Shown here: positions 10,187-20,763 of the stretch, piece by piece
Layout: each line of letters starts with the position of its first letter
How positions within the stretch are numbered: position 1 is the stretch's first letter
From: Lachnospiraceae bacterium
GTDB taxonomy: Bacteria > Bacillota > Clostridia > Lachnospirales > Lachnospiraceae
Direction of reading: 5' to 3'
DNA length: 62,351 bases
Assembly: GCA_022773965.1 (NCBI GenBank)
Contig: JALFNQ010000198.1
Location: 1 to 62,351, forward strand
Notes under the pieces: generated by a model
The model's database searches: none
Told to the model about the DNA's origin: nothing
Seen by the model: the letters and a program-made list of their open reading frames with translations, nothing else
Position numbers and translations under genes: made by a program

Positions 10187-10752
10187 TTTTACTAATTGAC
10201 AATTACGATTCATTTACTTTTAACCTGTATCAGTATATTGGAATATTTGCGGATGACATCAAGGTTGTCCGAAACGATAAGATTACGATCGGGGAGATCA
10301 GAGAAATGCAGCCGGAGCGCATCGTGCTCTCGCCAGGACCCAAAAGCCCATCGGAGGCAGGTATCTGTATGGATGTGGTGAAAGAGTTTTATGACAAGAT
10401 CCCGATCCTGGGCATCTGTCTCGGACATCAGTGTATCGGGCAGGCGTTGGGAGGAACCGTCTCTTACGCAAAGCAGCTGTTCCACGGCAAACAGTCGTTG
10501 ATCAGCCATGACGGCAGCAGTATTTTTGCAGGAATTGATACACCGATTAAGGTGGCGCGCTATCATTCGCTGGCTGTGCAGTCCAGGGATCTTCCCGATT
10601 GCCTGCGGGTGCTGGCGCGGACACAGGATGGTGAGATCATGGCAATGCGCCACAAGGACTATCCGGTTGTCGGCCTGCAGTTCCATCCGGAATCCATCTA
10701 CACAGAGCACGGGAAACGAATGGTAGAAAATTTTGTAAACGGGGTGATTTAG
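10183..10752 (+). CDS. trpG: Anthranilate synthase component II (glutamine amidotransferase)
   Basis: IDNYDSFT, SPGP, GICLGHQ, QFHPES; ATGA overlap with trpE stop. Confidence 0.95.
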   Translation: MILLIDNYDSFTFNLYQYIGIFADDIKVVRNDKITIGEIREMQPERIVLSPGPKSPSEAGICMDVVKEFYDKIPILGICLGHQCIGQALGGTVSYAKQLFHGKQSLISHDGSSIFAGIDTPIKVARYHSLAVQSRDLPDCLRVLARTQDGEIMAMRHKDYPVVGLQFHPESIYTEHGKRMVENFVNGVI

Positions 10753-10753
10753 T

Positions 10754-11527
10754 ATGATCTTAGACGATATCGTAGCAGATAAAAAAATACGTTTGAAGGA
10801 ACAGAAAAAGCGGATGGATCTCGTGGCAGTCCGCAGGCTGGCAGAGGAGCAGGAATCGTCAGGCAGAGGCTTTTATGAGAACCTGAAAAAGCCCGGAATT
10901 TCCATCATCGGAGAGTTTAAAAAGGCATCACCAAGTCTTGGAAATATTACGAGCAAAATATCCCTTGTGGAGCGCATCTCGGATTACAGTGCATCGGTAG
11001 ATGCCATCTCCTGTCTGACGGAGGAAGATCACTTTCACGGATGTGTGGATGATTTTAAGGAGATCCGAAGACAGACGGAGCTTCCAATGATCCGCAAGGA
11101 TTTTATGATCGATGAGTATCAGTTTTATGAGGCAAAGGCCATCGGAGCGGATGCGATTTTGCTGATCGCGGCGATTCTCGATGATGCGCAGATGAAAGAC
11201 TTTTATGCACTTACCTGCGAGCTCGGTATGGATGCGCTGGTGGAGACACATGATGAGGCGGAGATGGAGCGGGCGCTTGCGCTGGACGCAAAGATCATCG
11301 GTGTTAATAACCGGAATCTGAAGGATTTTACGATCTCGTTAGACAATACGATGCGGTTGCGGCCGATGGTGCCGAAGGAGAAATGCTTTGTGGCTGAGAG
11401 CGGTATCATCACGGATGATGATATCCGGCTGTTAAAGGAGCAGCAGGTGGACGCCTTTCTGATCGGGCGTGCATTGATGGAAGCGGAAGATCCGGGAAAG
11501 CTGGCGAACCACTGGAAATCACTATAG
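10754..11527 (+). CDS. trpC: Indole-3-glycerol phosphate synthase
   Basis: EFKKASPS, RKDF, GADAILLI, GVNNRNL, AESGI. Confidence 0.95.
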   Translation: MILDDIVADKKIRLKEQKKRMDLVAVRRLAEEQESSGRGFYENLKKPGISIIGEFKKASPSLGNITSKISLVERISDYSASVDAISCLTEEDHFHGCVDDFKEIRRQTELPMIRKDFMIDEYQFYEAKAIGADAILLIAAILDDAQMKDFYALTCELGMDALVETHDEAEMERALALDAKIIGVNNRNLKDFTISLDNTMRLRPMVPKEKCFVAESGIITDDDIRLLKEQQVDAFLIGRALMEAEDPGKLANHWKSL

Positions 11528-11654
11528 ATGCAGTCAGATCGGAGCGGAACCGCGTAGATCGTGAGAACATGATTCAGGAGTGAAAAAACGTGAAACAGAT
11601 CGAAAAAGCAGCAGGTGACAGATGCATGATTCGTGGTGATCAGGGAGGTATGAG

Positions 11655-12401
11655 ATGAGTATCAAACAACAGGATACGCCGGGGGTGCCAAAGGTCAAGA
11701 TCTGCGGGATCACTTCCCTAAAAGAAGCCGACTGGCTGAATGCGTTGGGCGCAGACTATGCGGGATTTGTTTTTTATGAAAAGAGTAAACGAAATGTCAG
11801 TTTGATGGATGCCATGGTGATCAAAAAATGCCTGAATCCATCGGTAAAGACGGTGGCTGTCACAGTCAGCCCGACGGTCAGACAGCTTCGGGCAATCGAG
11901 ATTGCCGGGTTTGATATTTTGCAAGTGCATAAAGAACTGTCGCTGGAGGTGCTGCGGGAATGTCAGCTGCCGATCTGGCGGGCATTGAATATCGGGGCAT
12001 TTTCGGATGTATTAAAGCCGGAAGCAGACAGCGTGCAGACAGAAGGTGAGCTTGTCTGTGTGGATCAGGCAAAGGCAGGCGAAATGGAGAACGGGCAGGC
12101 AGAACGCCGCAGGCTGGAGCAGGAACGGATCGAGGCATATGTGCTGGATGGTGTGGAGTTTGGCAGTGGTAAAACCTTTGACTGGAACAGCGGCAGTGTG
12201 GCACAGATCAGGGCATTATTTGGAGATAAGAAGCTGGTGCTTGCCGGGGGACTGACGCCTTCAAATGTGGCAGAAGGAATTGAGATTTTCAGACCGGATA
12301 TCGTAGATGTCAGCTCCGGCGTGGAAAAAGAATCCGGCAGAGGCAAGGACAAGGAAAAAATAGATCAATTTATAAGAAAGGTAAGAGAGAAAAATGAGTA
12401 A
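11655..12401 (+). CDS. trpF: Phosphoribosylanthranilate isomerase with an internal insertion
   Basis: [25 protein letters not shown]...NV, DVSSGVE. Confidence 0.93.
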   Translation: MSIKQQDTPGVPKVKICGITSLKEADWLNALGADYAGFVFYEKSKRNVSLMDAMVIKKCLNPSVKTVAVTVSPTVRQLRAIEIAGFDILQVHKELSLEVLRECQLPIWRALNIGAFSDVLKPEADSVQTEGELVCVDQAKAGEMENGQAERRRLEQERIEAYVLDGVEFGSGKTFDWNSGSVAQIRALFGDKKLVLAGGLTPSNVAEGIEIFRPDIVDVSSGVEKESGRGKDKEKIDQFIRKVREKNE

Positions 12402-13584
12402 TACAAAGGCTTATTATGGACAGTTTGGCGGACAGTATGTGTCAGAGTCGTTAATGAATACACTGGCGGAGGTGGATGCCGCATTTGAGGAGGCGATCCA
12501 CGATCCCGAATTTTTAAAGCAGTATCACTATTATTTAAAGCAGTATGTAGGACGTGAGACGCCGCTTTATTTCGCAGAGCGCCTGTCTGAGAAATATGGT
12601 ACAAGGATCTATTTAAAGCGTGAGGATCTGAATCATACCGGTGCACACAAAATCAACAATGTGATCGGTCAGATCCTGTTGGCAAAGCGTATGGGAAAGA
12701 CGAAGGTCATCGCAGAGACCGGAGCCGGGCAGCACGGCGTGGCAACGGCGACCGGAGCGGCGCTTTTCAATATGGAATGTACGGTGTATATGGGAGCAGA
12801 GGATATTGAGCGTCAGAAGCTGAATGTCATGCGTATGGAGATGCTGGGTGCAACCGTTGTTCCGGTGCACTCCGGCAGCAATACATTGAAGGATGCCACC
12901 AACGAGGCAATCCGTACCTGGGCAAAAACCGCAGAGGATACCTTCTATATTATTGGTTCTGCGGTTGGTCCCTATCCGTATCCGAAGATGGTCAAGGAAT
13001 TCCAGAGCTGCATCAGCCGTGAGGCAAAGAGACAGTTTGCCCAGGAGGTTGGAGGACTTCCGGATGTAGTCATGGCCTGTGTGGGCGGTGGATCCAATTC
13101 CATTGGAATGTTTGCTGACTTTATCGAAGAAAAGGATGTGAGACTGATCGGTGTGGAGGCCGCAGGTCTGGGCATTGAGACCGGAAAGCATGCCAGCGCC
13201 ATGGCTCTTGGAAAGCCGGGCGTGCTGCACGGTATGAAATCTTACCTGCTTCAGGATGATGATGGAAATGTACAGCTGGCACATTCCATTTCTGCAGGAC
13301 TGGATTATCCCGGCGTCGGACCGGAGCATGCTTATTTAAAGGACAGTGGAAGAGCAGAGTATGTGTCTATTACCGATGTGGAAGCGATGGATGCGCTGAT
13401 GGAGCTGTGCAAGCTGGAGGGTATTATCCCGGCAATCGAGAGCGCCCATGCGATGGCGTATGCGTTTCAGCTGGCGAAGGAGATGACACCGGAGCAGAGC
13501 ATCATCGTCTGCCTGTCCGGCCGTGGTGATAAGGATGTAAATACAATTGCAGATTACCTTGCAGGTAAGGGGTATCTAAATTAG
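12394..13584 (+). CDS. trpB: Tryptophan synthase beta chain
   Basis: [46 protein letters not shown]. Confidence 0.97.
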   Translation: MSNTKAYYGQFGGQYVSESLMNTLAEVDAAFEEAIHDPEFLKQYHYYLKQYVGRETPLYFAERLSEKYGTRIYLKREDLNHTGAHKINNVIGQILLAKRMGKTKVIAETGAGQHGVATATGAALFNMECTVYMGAEDIERQKLNVMRMEMLGATVVPVHSGSNTLKDATNEAIRTWAKTAEDTFYIIGSAVGPYPYPKMVKEFQSCISREAKRQFAQEVGGLPDVVMACVGGGSNSIGMFADFIEEKDVRLIGVEAAGLGIETGKHASAMALGKPGVLHGMKSYLLQDDDGNVQLAHSISAGLDYPGVGPEHAYLKDSGRAEYVSITDVEAMDALMELCKLEGIIPAIESAHAMAYAFQLAKEMTPEQSIIVCLSGRGDKDVNTIADYLAGKGYLN

Positions 13585-13609
13585 TGTAAAGTGAAAGAGG
13601 AGAAGATCA

Positions 13610-14410
13610 ATGAGTGAAAATAGAATTGAAGCAAAATTAGAGCAGTTAAAAGAAAAACAGGAAAAGGCGTTTATTACGTATCTGACTGCAGGACTTCCTG
13701 ATATGGAAAAGACAAAGGAGATCATTAAAGCGCAGGAGACAGCGGGCACGGACATCGTGGAGATCGGCGTACCCTTTTCGGATCCGATCGCAGACGGACC
13801 GGTCATTCAGCAGGCCAGCTACGAGTCAATTTTAGGCGGTACCAATATCCATAAATGCTTTGATGCAGTGGAGGAGCTTCGCGCTGATGGGTGTGGGCTG
13901 CCAATGATCTTTATGCTCTACTACAATACGATCTGCCATTACGGTGTCGGAAAATTTGTGAAAAAATGCCGTGAAGCCGGTGTGGACGGACTGATCATTC
14001 CGGATCTGCCGATGGAGGAGCAGGAGGAGATTCAGGCATATTTAGCAGGGCAGGATGAGACAATCCTGATCCAGCTGGTCAGCCCTGTGTCGGGGCAGCG
14101 TGTACCGGAGATCGTAAAGGATGCAAGAGGCTTTATCTACTGTGTATCATCCATGGGTGTGACCGGCCAGTCAGGAACCTTCCACAGAGAGATCTCAAAT
14201 TATCTGGCGGACGTCAAAGCCAGGAGCCCCATTCCGGTCATGATGGGATTTGGTATTACAAAAGCAGCAGATATCGCGCCGATGAAGGATTCCATCGACG
14301 GAGCGATCGTGGGTTCACATTTTATCAATCTGCTGCGGGAGAATGATTTTGCACCAGAGGCGGCAGCAGCGTATTGCAGGACATTCAAGGAAGAAATGCG
14401 AAGATTATAA
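13610..14410 (+). CDS. trpA: Tryptophan synthase alpha chain
   Basis: EIGVPFSDPIADGPVIQ, IPDLP.EE, GVTG, GFGI. Confidence 0.97.
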   Translation: MSENRIEAKLEQLKEKQEKAFITYLTAGLPDMEKTKEIIKAQETAGTDIVEIGVPFSDPIADGPVIQQASYESILGGTNIHKCFDAVEELRADGCGLPMIFMLYYNTICHYGVGKFVKKCREAGVDGLIIPDLPMEEQEEIQAYLAGQDETILIQLVSPVSGQRVPEIVKDARGFIYCVSSMGVTGQSGTFHREISNYLADVKARSPIPVMMGFGITKAADIAPMKDSIDGAIVGSHFINLLRENDFAPEAAAAYCRTFKEEMRRL

Positions 14411-14503
14411 AATCGAAGCGTGAATTTAAGCGTGAATCAAATAGAAACGAAATGACAAGATATGAATGGGGATTCGCATTATGATTTTAGGAGGACAAAG
14501 ACT

Positions 14504-15511
14504 ATGAAAAAAGCAATTGCAACAGTTGTAGATGGAAACAATCTGACACAAGAGGAGGCGCAGCGTGTCGCAGAGCTGATCCTGACGGGTCAGGCCAGCG
14601 AGGTGGAGATCGCAGGTCTTTTGACCGCACTGCGCATGAAGGGAGAGACGGTGGATGAGATCTTGGGCTTTGCATCCGTGCTCCGCAGCAAGGCAAATAC
14701 GATCGCGCCGAAGTGTGAAAACTATGTGGATCTGGTGGGAACCGGAGGAGACTGTACCTACTCTTTTAATATCTCAACGACATCCGCCTTTGTGGTGGCA
14801 GGAGCAGGACTTCCCGTAGCAAAGCACGGAAACCGTTCCATTTCCAGTAAATCCGGTGCAGCAGATGTGCTGGAGGCACTGGGCGTGAACATTGCTGCAG
14901 ATACCGCTGTAGTACAGAAATGTGTAGAGGAAGCAGGTGTCGGCTTTATGATGGCACCGCACTTCAATCCCTGCATGAAATATGTGGGATCGGTGCGCAA
15001 AGGGCTGGGAATCCGTACGATATTTAATATTTTGGGTCCCCTTTCCAATCCTTCCAGAGCAAAAAAGATGGTTGTCGGTGTCTACGATCCGAAGATGGTG
15101 GAAACGATCGCAAAGGTGATGGCAGGTCTGGATGTCGTGCGCGGATTTGTCGTGAGCGGGGATAATCACATGGATGAATTCAATCTTGCGGGAACGACGA
15201 CGGTTGCTGAGATCAAAGACGGTGAAGTGACAGTTTTCGAGGTGACGCCGGAGCAGTTTGGATTTACACGGTGTGAGATCACGGAGCTTCAGGGTGGAGA
15301 AGGTGAAGAGAATGCAAAGATCACAAAAGCCATCCTGGATGGAACCGAGCAGGGTGCAAAGCGTGATGTGGTACTCTTAAACGCAGGTGCGACCCTCTAT
15401 ATAGGCGGGCTTGCCGATTCCATCGCAGAAGGCATTCGACTGGCAGCAGAGTCCATCGATTCCGGCAAGGCAAAAGCGGTGATTGAAACGATGGTAAAGC
15501 TATCCAATTAA
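14504..15511 (+). CDS. trpD: Anthranilate phosphoribosyltransferase
   Basis: GTGGD, FNIST, KHGNRS.SSKSG.AD; ATG 14504 after AGGAGG. Confidence 0.96.
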   Translation: MKKAIATVVDGNNLTQEEAQRVAELILTGQASEVEIAGLLTALRMKGETVDEILGFASVLRSKANTIAPKCENYVDLVGTGGDCTYSFNISTTSAFVVAGAGLPVAKHGNRSISSKSGAADVLEALGVNIAADTAVVQKCVEEAGVGFMMAPHFNPCMKYVGSVRKGLGIRTIFNILGPLSNPSRAKKMVVGVYDPKMVETIAKVMAGLDVVRGFVVSGDNHMDEFNLAGTTTVAEIKDGEVTVFEVTPEQFGFTRCEITELQGGEGEENAKITKAILDGTEQGAKRDVVLLNAGATLYIGGLADSIAEGIRLAAESIDSGKAKAVIETMVKLSN

Positions 15512-15512
15512 G

Positions 15513-16523
15513 TCATTTACCAACGATCGTTACGTTCAGATAGTTGTGGTCGAGGGCGAGATCAATGATCGTATCGTCCTCGGTCATGACAACCGGGCGA
15601 AGAGGAAATTCGTTGCGGTTTTTGATGACATGTGCTTTCGCACCGGTGGAGAGTGTGACGGTTATACCCACAGGGTAAACGGTCACATAGTTTAAAAAGG
15701 TGGCAACCACCCTGTAATTGAACATATGGTCGCAATTCGCCATCAGATATTCGATCGTTTCAAGTGCACTGAATTCTTCTTTGTAGGCCCGCTTGGACAG
15801 CAGTGCATCAAATACGTCGGCAACATGGATAATGCGGGCATAAATATAGATATCTTCATGGGCAAGACCCCGTGGATATCCGCTGCCATCCTCATTTTCG
15901 TGGTGCTGCAGGATTGATACGCGCACCGTTGAAGAAAATTCAATGCGTTCCTTGAGCATTTCATAGCCGAATTCCGGATGACAGTTGATGATCTCGCGCT
16001 CTTCCGGGGTCAGGGGACCGGCCTTGTCCAGTATTTCCAGAGGAATACATTCCTTCCCGATATCGTGAAACAGGGCGGCCAGTGCCAGTTCGCGCAGCTG
16101 GCTGTTGCCAAGCTCCAATCCGATGCCGCAGGTGACTGCCGCGATGGCAACGTTGAGGGAATGATCATAGGTGGAACTGTGATAATGCCGCAAGGTATTG
16201 AAATCCAGATGGATTTCTTCCATCTCCAGCAGATCGTCAACAATCTTGTTGGAAAGAAAAAAGATCTGTTCCAGATTTCCCTCTTTTAATGTATGCAGCA
16301 TCCTGATGCGTTCTTCTTCGTTTATAATTTCTGCAAACTCTTCATGCTCAGAATAACGGTCATAAATATAGATGCCGGGATAGCCGAGATACCGGATTCT
16401 GTCAATGAGCGGAGCTGTCATTTTCTTGTTGCGCCCAAGAAGCTTTCGCCCGTTTTCATCATATATGTTTTTCACGATCACCATTCCTGGCTGAATTTTT
16501 TCTACCGGTATAAAACGCATCAT
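15513..16523 (-). CDS. HD-GYP domain protein (putative cyclic dinucleotide phosphodiesterase)
   Basis: HSLNV, HDIGK, HHE..DGSGYP, DVFDAL. Confidence 0.9.
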   Translation of the reverse strand: MMRFIPVEKIQPGMVIVKNIYDENGRKLLGRNKKMTAPLIDRIRYLGYPGIYIYDRYSEHEEFAEIINEEERIRMLHTLKEGNLEQIFFLSNKIVDDLLEMEEIHLDFNTLRHYHSSTYDHSLNVAIAAVTCGIGLELGNSQLRELALAALFHDIGKECIPLEILDKAGPLTPEEREIINCHPEFGYEMLKERIEFSSTVRVSILQHHENEDGSGYPRGLAHEDIYIYARIIHVADVFDALLSKRAYKEEFSALETIEYLMANCDHMFNYRVVATFLNYVTVYPVGITVTLSTGAKAHVIKNRNEFPLRPVVMTEDDTIIDLALDHNYLNVTIVGK

Positions 16524-16802
16524 TCACCTCTGAAAGATATATCTGGACATTTGGCTCGATTTTTGTGATAAATAGTCAAAAAAATGAACTGTTACTATGA
16601 AATATTATACACTTTGATGACAATTACTGCAAGCAGCATTTTTGCATAAAGGAAATAAAAAACAGACAGGAAACAAAGAAATTTGATCTGTCAGAAAATA
16701 GAAAGCAACGAAAACAGACACAAACGCAAGGGAAAAGTGACAGAAATAGTGCTTGATTTGTGTGGTTTTTTGTCGTAAACTATAATCGGTAAAAAAATGA
16801 TC

Positions 16803-16827
16803 GTAACTGTGAGGGTACGAACAGTTT
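16803..16827 (+). repeat. Terminal hairpin remnant of the type E structured repeat
   Basis: GTAACTGT-GAGGGTACGA-ACAGTT resembles GTAACTAT-GAAGGTACTGA-ATAGTT at 60146. Confidence 0.55.
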
Positions 16828-16860
16828 CAAATGATTTTAGTTTAAGAGGTAACGCAATCT

Positions 16861-18237
16861 ATGAGTACCGGTGACCTGGAAAAAAATCAGAACAAGCAGA
16901 TATTTAAACATACATTGGTGCAGGCATCAGCATTTCTTGTGGTGATACTTTGCGCCATTTTGTTTTTCTTTGTGATCTTCAGCTATGATACATGGACCGG
17001 AAAGGTTGCCTACATTGTATCAGGATTAAAGTCGATCATTATTGGTATTGCCATCGCGTATCTGTTGAACCCGATCGTCAACAGTCTGGAAAAACGACTG
17101 CACAAGCTGGTGAAAAATCCAAAAAACGAGGCAAAGGTGAACGGTGCACTGCGTGCGTTCAGCGCTATTGCAGTGGTACTGTTTGCAGTGGTCATTGTTG
17201 GTATTATGATCTATGCCATTTTGCCGCAGGTTGTCATCAGTATTTCTTCGCTGATACGCAATTTTCCATATTATGTGGACGAGATCACTGACCTGATCAA
17301 ATCGAACCGTCAGCTGCAGGCGTTTTTGGACAATGTCCTGACGAATGCAACGGAGGTCATTGCTGACTGGCTGAATGAAAATGTGCTGCAGAATATCCAG
17401 TCCTATGTGACACTGGCTGCCTCAGGCGTGATGAGTGTTGTCGTAGTTTTGGCGGATATTCTGGTGGGACTGATCATTTCTGTGTATGTGCTTTGCTCCA
17501 CTCGTACCTTTGTCGGTCAGGGAAAGAAGATCGTTTATGCGCTTTTTAATAAGCGGCATGCAAAAATGATCCTGGATACGATGCGAAAGAGCAATGAGAT
17601 CTTTGGTGGCTTTATCTCCGGGAAACTGCTGGATTCACTGATTATCGGTGTGCTTTGCTTTGTCGGCCTGAGCGCCATGCATATGCCTTATATCGCACTG
17701 GTTTCCGTGATCGTGGGTGTGACGAATGTCATCCCTTTTTTTGGACCATATATCGGTATGATTCCCAGTACGATTCTGATCATGCTCGTAGATTTTAAGA
17801 AGGGTGTGATCGTGCTGCTCTTTATTATTGTTTTGCAACAGATCGATGGAAATGTGATCGGACCAAAGATCCTTGGAAAATCCACAGGTCTTTCTGCATT
17901 CTGGGTCGTTTTTTCGGTCATGTTTTTTGGAAAGCTTTGGGGCATCATCGGTATGCTGATCGGTGTGCCGGTGTTTGGCGTGATCTATTATATTTTAGAT
18001 ACGTTTGTGAATTTCCAGCTGGGCCGGCGCGAATTGCCGGTGGAGACGGAAGAATATAAAAATCTTGATTATTTTGCAGAGGATGGTACCCGCGTCACGC
18101 TGGATGGAAAGAAGTCGCAGCGTGAGCTTCGCAAGGAGGAGCAGAAAGAGCTGCGCAGACAGTGGATGGAGGAAAATCAGGAGAATTTTGAGCGCTGGCT
18201 GCATCAGAGAAAAAAGAAAGAGGATGATGAGGCATAA
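16861..18237 (+). CDS. AI-2E family transporter
   Basis: AYLLNP, GKLLDSLIIG, TNVIPFFGP.IG, QQIDGNVIGPKILG, GMLIGVP. Confidence 0.92.
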   Translation: MSTGDLEKNQNKQIFKHTLVQASAFLVVILCAILFFFVIFSYDTWTGKVAYIVSGLKSIIIGIAIAYLLNPIVNSLEKRLHKLVKNPKNEAKVNGALRAFSAIAVVLFAVVIVGIMIYAILPQVVISISSLIRNFPYYVDEITDLIKSNRQLQAFLDNVLTNATEVIADWLNENVLQNIQSYVTLAASGVMSVVVVLADILVGLIISVYVLCSTRTFVGQGKKIVYALFNKRHAKMILDTMRKSNEIFGGFISGKLLDSLIIGVLCFVGLSAMHMPYIALVSVIVGVTNVIPFFGPYIGMIPSTILIMLVDFKKGVIVLLFIIVLQQIDGNVIGPKILGKSTGLSAFWVVFSVMFFGKLWGIIGMLIGVPVFGVIYYILDTFVNFQLGRRELPVETEEYKNLDYFAEDGTRVTLDGKKSQRELRKEEQKELRRQWMEENQENFERWLHQRKKKEDDEA

Positions 18238-18241
18238 AAAA

Positions 18242-18400
18242 GAATGTGCCCTGGCACATTCCCGTGCCCAACGCGTCACTTGCGACATGTTACATCTTCG
18301 TGCGAGGTACAGATCCGAAGTGACAACGAAGAATCGTATCCTGGCGGAGGCTTTTGCCGTTTCGCCGTATAGGAGACGATGTTTCCTATACGACAAAAAT
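18242..18400. repeat. Multi-hairpin intergenic element between convergent genes, including a probable terminator
   Basis: GAATGTGCC-CT-GGCACATTC, GTCACTT...AAGTGAC and CGTATAGGAGAC/GTTTCCTATACG inverted repeats. Confidence 0.55.
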
Positions 18401-18414
18401 CAGTATTCGGATCG

Positions 18415-19737
18415 CTACTGTGCCTTTCGGTCAATGTAGGTTGTCTTGAATTTCGAATACAGGATCTTCTGACTGCTGTAGAGGCCATAATAGCCGGAAA
18501 ACATATAGCTGAGGGCGATTGCAAGCAGGTAATAGGGCATGCCTTCGTAGCCAAATAGTTCAAAGCAGATGAGCAGGGAAGCGATCGGTGAGTTTGTTAC
18601 ACCGCAGAAGAGGCTTACCATACCGACTGCAATACAAAGCGGAGAATAAAATCCGGTGATCATTCCAAACAGACAGCCAAAGGTTGCTCCTACATAGAAG
18701 GTGGGCACAATTTCGCCACCTTTGTAGCAGGTGCCAAGGGTGATGGCGGTAAAGATCATCTTAAGCAAAAATGCACCGGGAAATACCGTTCCAGTCTCAA
18801 AGCACCGTGCGATCACATCCATGCCGGCACCGTTGTAATCATGGTTTCCCACGATCAGTGTGAGAAGGATGATGATGCATCCGCCAACGACCGTGCGCAG
18901 ATAATGGTTCGGCACATGTTCGCGGAAAAAGTGAGAGATATGGTGTAAGAGCACGCAAAAAACGACACTGAGTATTGCACACAGTATGGCAAGAATCCCG
19001 GTGATGCATGCGCTTTTTACAGTAAACGCTGGCAGGTCGGTAACAGGAAATGATTCCCAGCCCACACCGCACATGGCAGCCAGCGAATGTGCCACAAAGG
19101 ATGCGAGAACGCAGGGAACCAGCGCAGCATAGTACATAACGCCAACGCTGATGACCTCCATGGAAAAGATGGCAGCAGCCATCGGGGTGCCAAAGAGGGC
19201 TGAAAAGCAGGCACTCATGCCACACATGATCATGACACGTTTGTCGTTTTCATTAAAGTGAAAAACGTTTCCGATGTGATTACCGATACTGGCACCTATC
19301 TGAAGAGCAGCACCTTCCCGGCCGGCGGAACCGCCGCACAGATGCGTGAGCACGGTGGCAACAAAGATACGCGGAGCCATGCGAAGTGGAACTTCCTCTC
19401 CGGAATGGATGGCTGCGATCACCAGGTTGGTTCCACGGTCATTTTTGCCCTTAAACAGATAGTACCAGGAAACGATCAGGATACCTGCCAATGGTAAAAA
19501 ATATAATAGCCATGGATAGGTATTGCGCATGGTGGTTGCAAAAGCCATTGCATAGGAAAATGCAATGCCGACAGCACCTACGACAAGACCGGTCAGGATG
19601 CCGATCAGGATCCATTTGACTGAGGTACGCAGACGGTGAAGATTGTGGATGACCACGCGCTTGAGATCCGGCTGTTCCGTAGGCTGTTCGTTTTGATGAT
19701 TTGTGATTTTAGATTTTTTTGATTCATTTGTATTCAT
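18415..19737 (-). CDS. ClC family anion channel/transporter with fluoride-exporter-like motifs
   Basis: GGSAGREGA, GTNLV, GGEIVP; real start at ATG 19737 after GCAGGAG (the ORF-track extension overlaps proC). Confidence 0.88.
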   Translation of the reverse strand: MNTNESKKSKITNHQNEQPTEQPDLKRVVIHNLHRLRTSVKWILIGILTGLVVGAVGIAFSYAMAFATTMRNTYPWLLYFLPLAGILIVSWYYLFKGKNDRGTNLVIAAIHSGEEVPLRMAPRIFVATVLTHLCGGSAGREGAALQIGASIGNHIGNVFHFNENDKRVMIMCGMSACFSALFGTPMAAAIFSMEVISVGVMYYAALVPCVLASFVAHSLAAMCGVGWESFPVTDLPAFTVKSACITGILAILCAILSVVFCVLLHHISHFFREHVPNHYLRTVVGGCIIILLTLIVGNHDYNGAGMDVIARCFETGTVFPGAFLLKMIFTAITLGTCYKGGEIVPTFYVGATFGCLFGMITGFYSPLCIAVGMVSLFCGVTNSPIASLLICFELFGYEGMPYYLLAIALSYMFSGYYGLYSSQKILYSKFKTTYIDRKAQ

Positions 19738-19759
19738 AACATTCACACTCCTGCAAGTT

Positions 19760-19788
19760 ATGGTAGCGCGGGATCTGTGGTTTGTCAA
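19760..19788 (-). promoter_or_regulatory. Sigma-A promoter of the ClC gene
   Basis: Minus strand TTGACA-17 nt-TACCAT directly upstream of the RBS. Confidence 0.6.
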
Positions 19789-19822
19789 GGCAGGGAAGTA
19801 TACGATCAAGGAGGAATAAAAA

Positions 19823-20623
19823 ATGGGAAAGAAAATAGGTTTTATCGGATGCGGGAATATGGGTGGTGCCATGATGCAGGGAATTCTGGATTCCGGAACA
19901 TGTACCCCGCAGGAGATCATGATATCTGGCAGGACAGAAGGTTCGCTTGCTGCAAAAAAAGAGGCCTTCGGCGTGCAGGTGACAACAGATAATAAAGAAG
20001 TGGCAGCCTTTGCGGACATTTTATTTCTGACTGTGAAACCGCAGTTTTATGAGGCTGTGATCACGCAGATCAGGGATGTGGTCAGTGAGGCGCAGATCAT
20101 AGTGACGGTCGCACCCGGAAAGACGCTTGCCTGGTTGAAGGAAGCTTTTGGGAAAGAGGTTAAGATCATCCGCACGATGCCCAATACCCCTTCCATGGTG
20201 AAAGCAGGTATGATGGGAATGTGTTCGAATGAACTGGTGACGGAGGAAGAGATTGCTCTGGTAAGAGATATCTGTGACGGATTTTCAGAGACAGAGGTGA
20301 TCCCGGAGCATCTGATGGATGTTGTGACAGCTGTCAGCGGAAGTTCACCGGCCTATGTATTTATGTTTATCGAGGCGATGGCGGATGCGGCAGTTGCAGG
20401 TGGAATGCCGCGGGCCCAGGCTTATAAATTTGCTGCCCAGGCTGTGATGGGCAGTGCGAAGATGGTATTAGAAACGGGCAGACACCCCGGAGATTTAAAG
20501 GATATGGTATGTTCCCCGGCAGGGACAACGATTCAGGCGGTGCGTGTGCTGGAGGAGAAGGGAATGCGCAGTGCAGTTATGGAAGCAATGATGAAATGCC
20601 TTGATATTTCAAGAAATATGTGA
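19823..20623 (+). CDS. proC: Pyrroline-5-carboxylate reductase
   Basis: GFIGCGNMG, VKPQ, RTMPNTP, SGSSPAY, V.SPAGTT. Confidence 0.96.
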   Translation: MGKKIGFIGCGNMGGAMMQGILDSGTCTPQEIMISGRTEGSLAAKKEAFGVQVTTDNKEVAAFADILFLTVKPQFYEAVITQIRDVVSEAQIIVTVAPGKTLAWLKEAFGKEVKIIRTMPNTPSMVKAGMMGMCSNELVTEEEIALVRDICDGFSETEVIPEHLMDVVTAVSGSSPAYVFMFIEAMADAAVAGGMPRAQAYKFAAQAVMGSAKMVLETGRHPGDLKDMVCSPAGTTIQAVRVLEEKGMRSAVMEAMMKCLDISRNM

Positions 20624-20763
20624 TTGATACCAACAAAAAAGACCAGCCACAGCACGGATGTTGATGAGATACTGCAAATGACGCATGAGGCAACTGGTTG
20701 TTTAGAAAAGAACCGGGAGCTGAACAGCCTTTCGGGTCTGCTATCAATATGGGGGTATTTTGT

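Noticed and set aside
19738-20019. N-terminal extension of the ClC ORF in the ORF track
   Set aside because: It overlaps proC antisense; a good RBS and promoter precede ATG 19737
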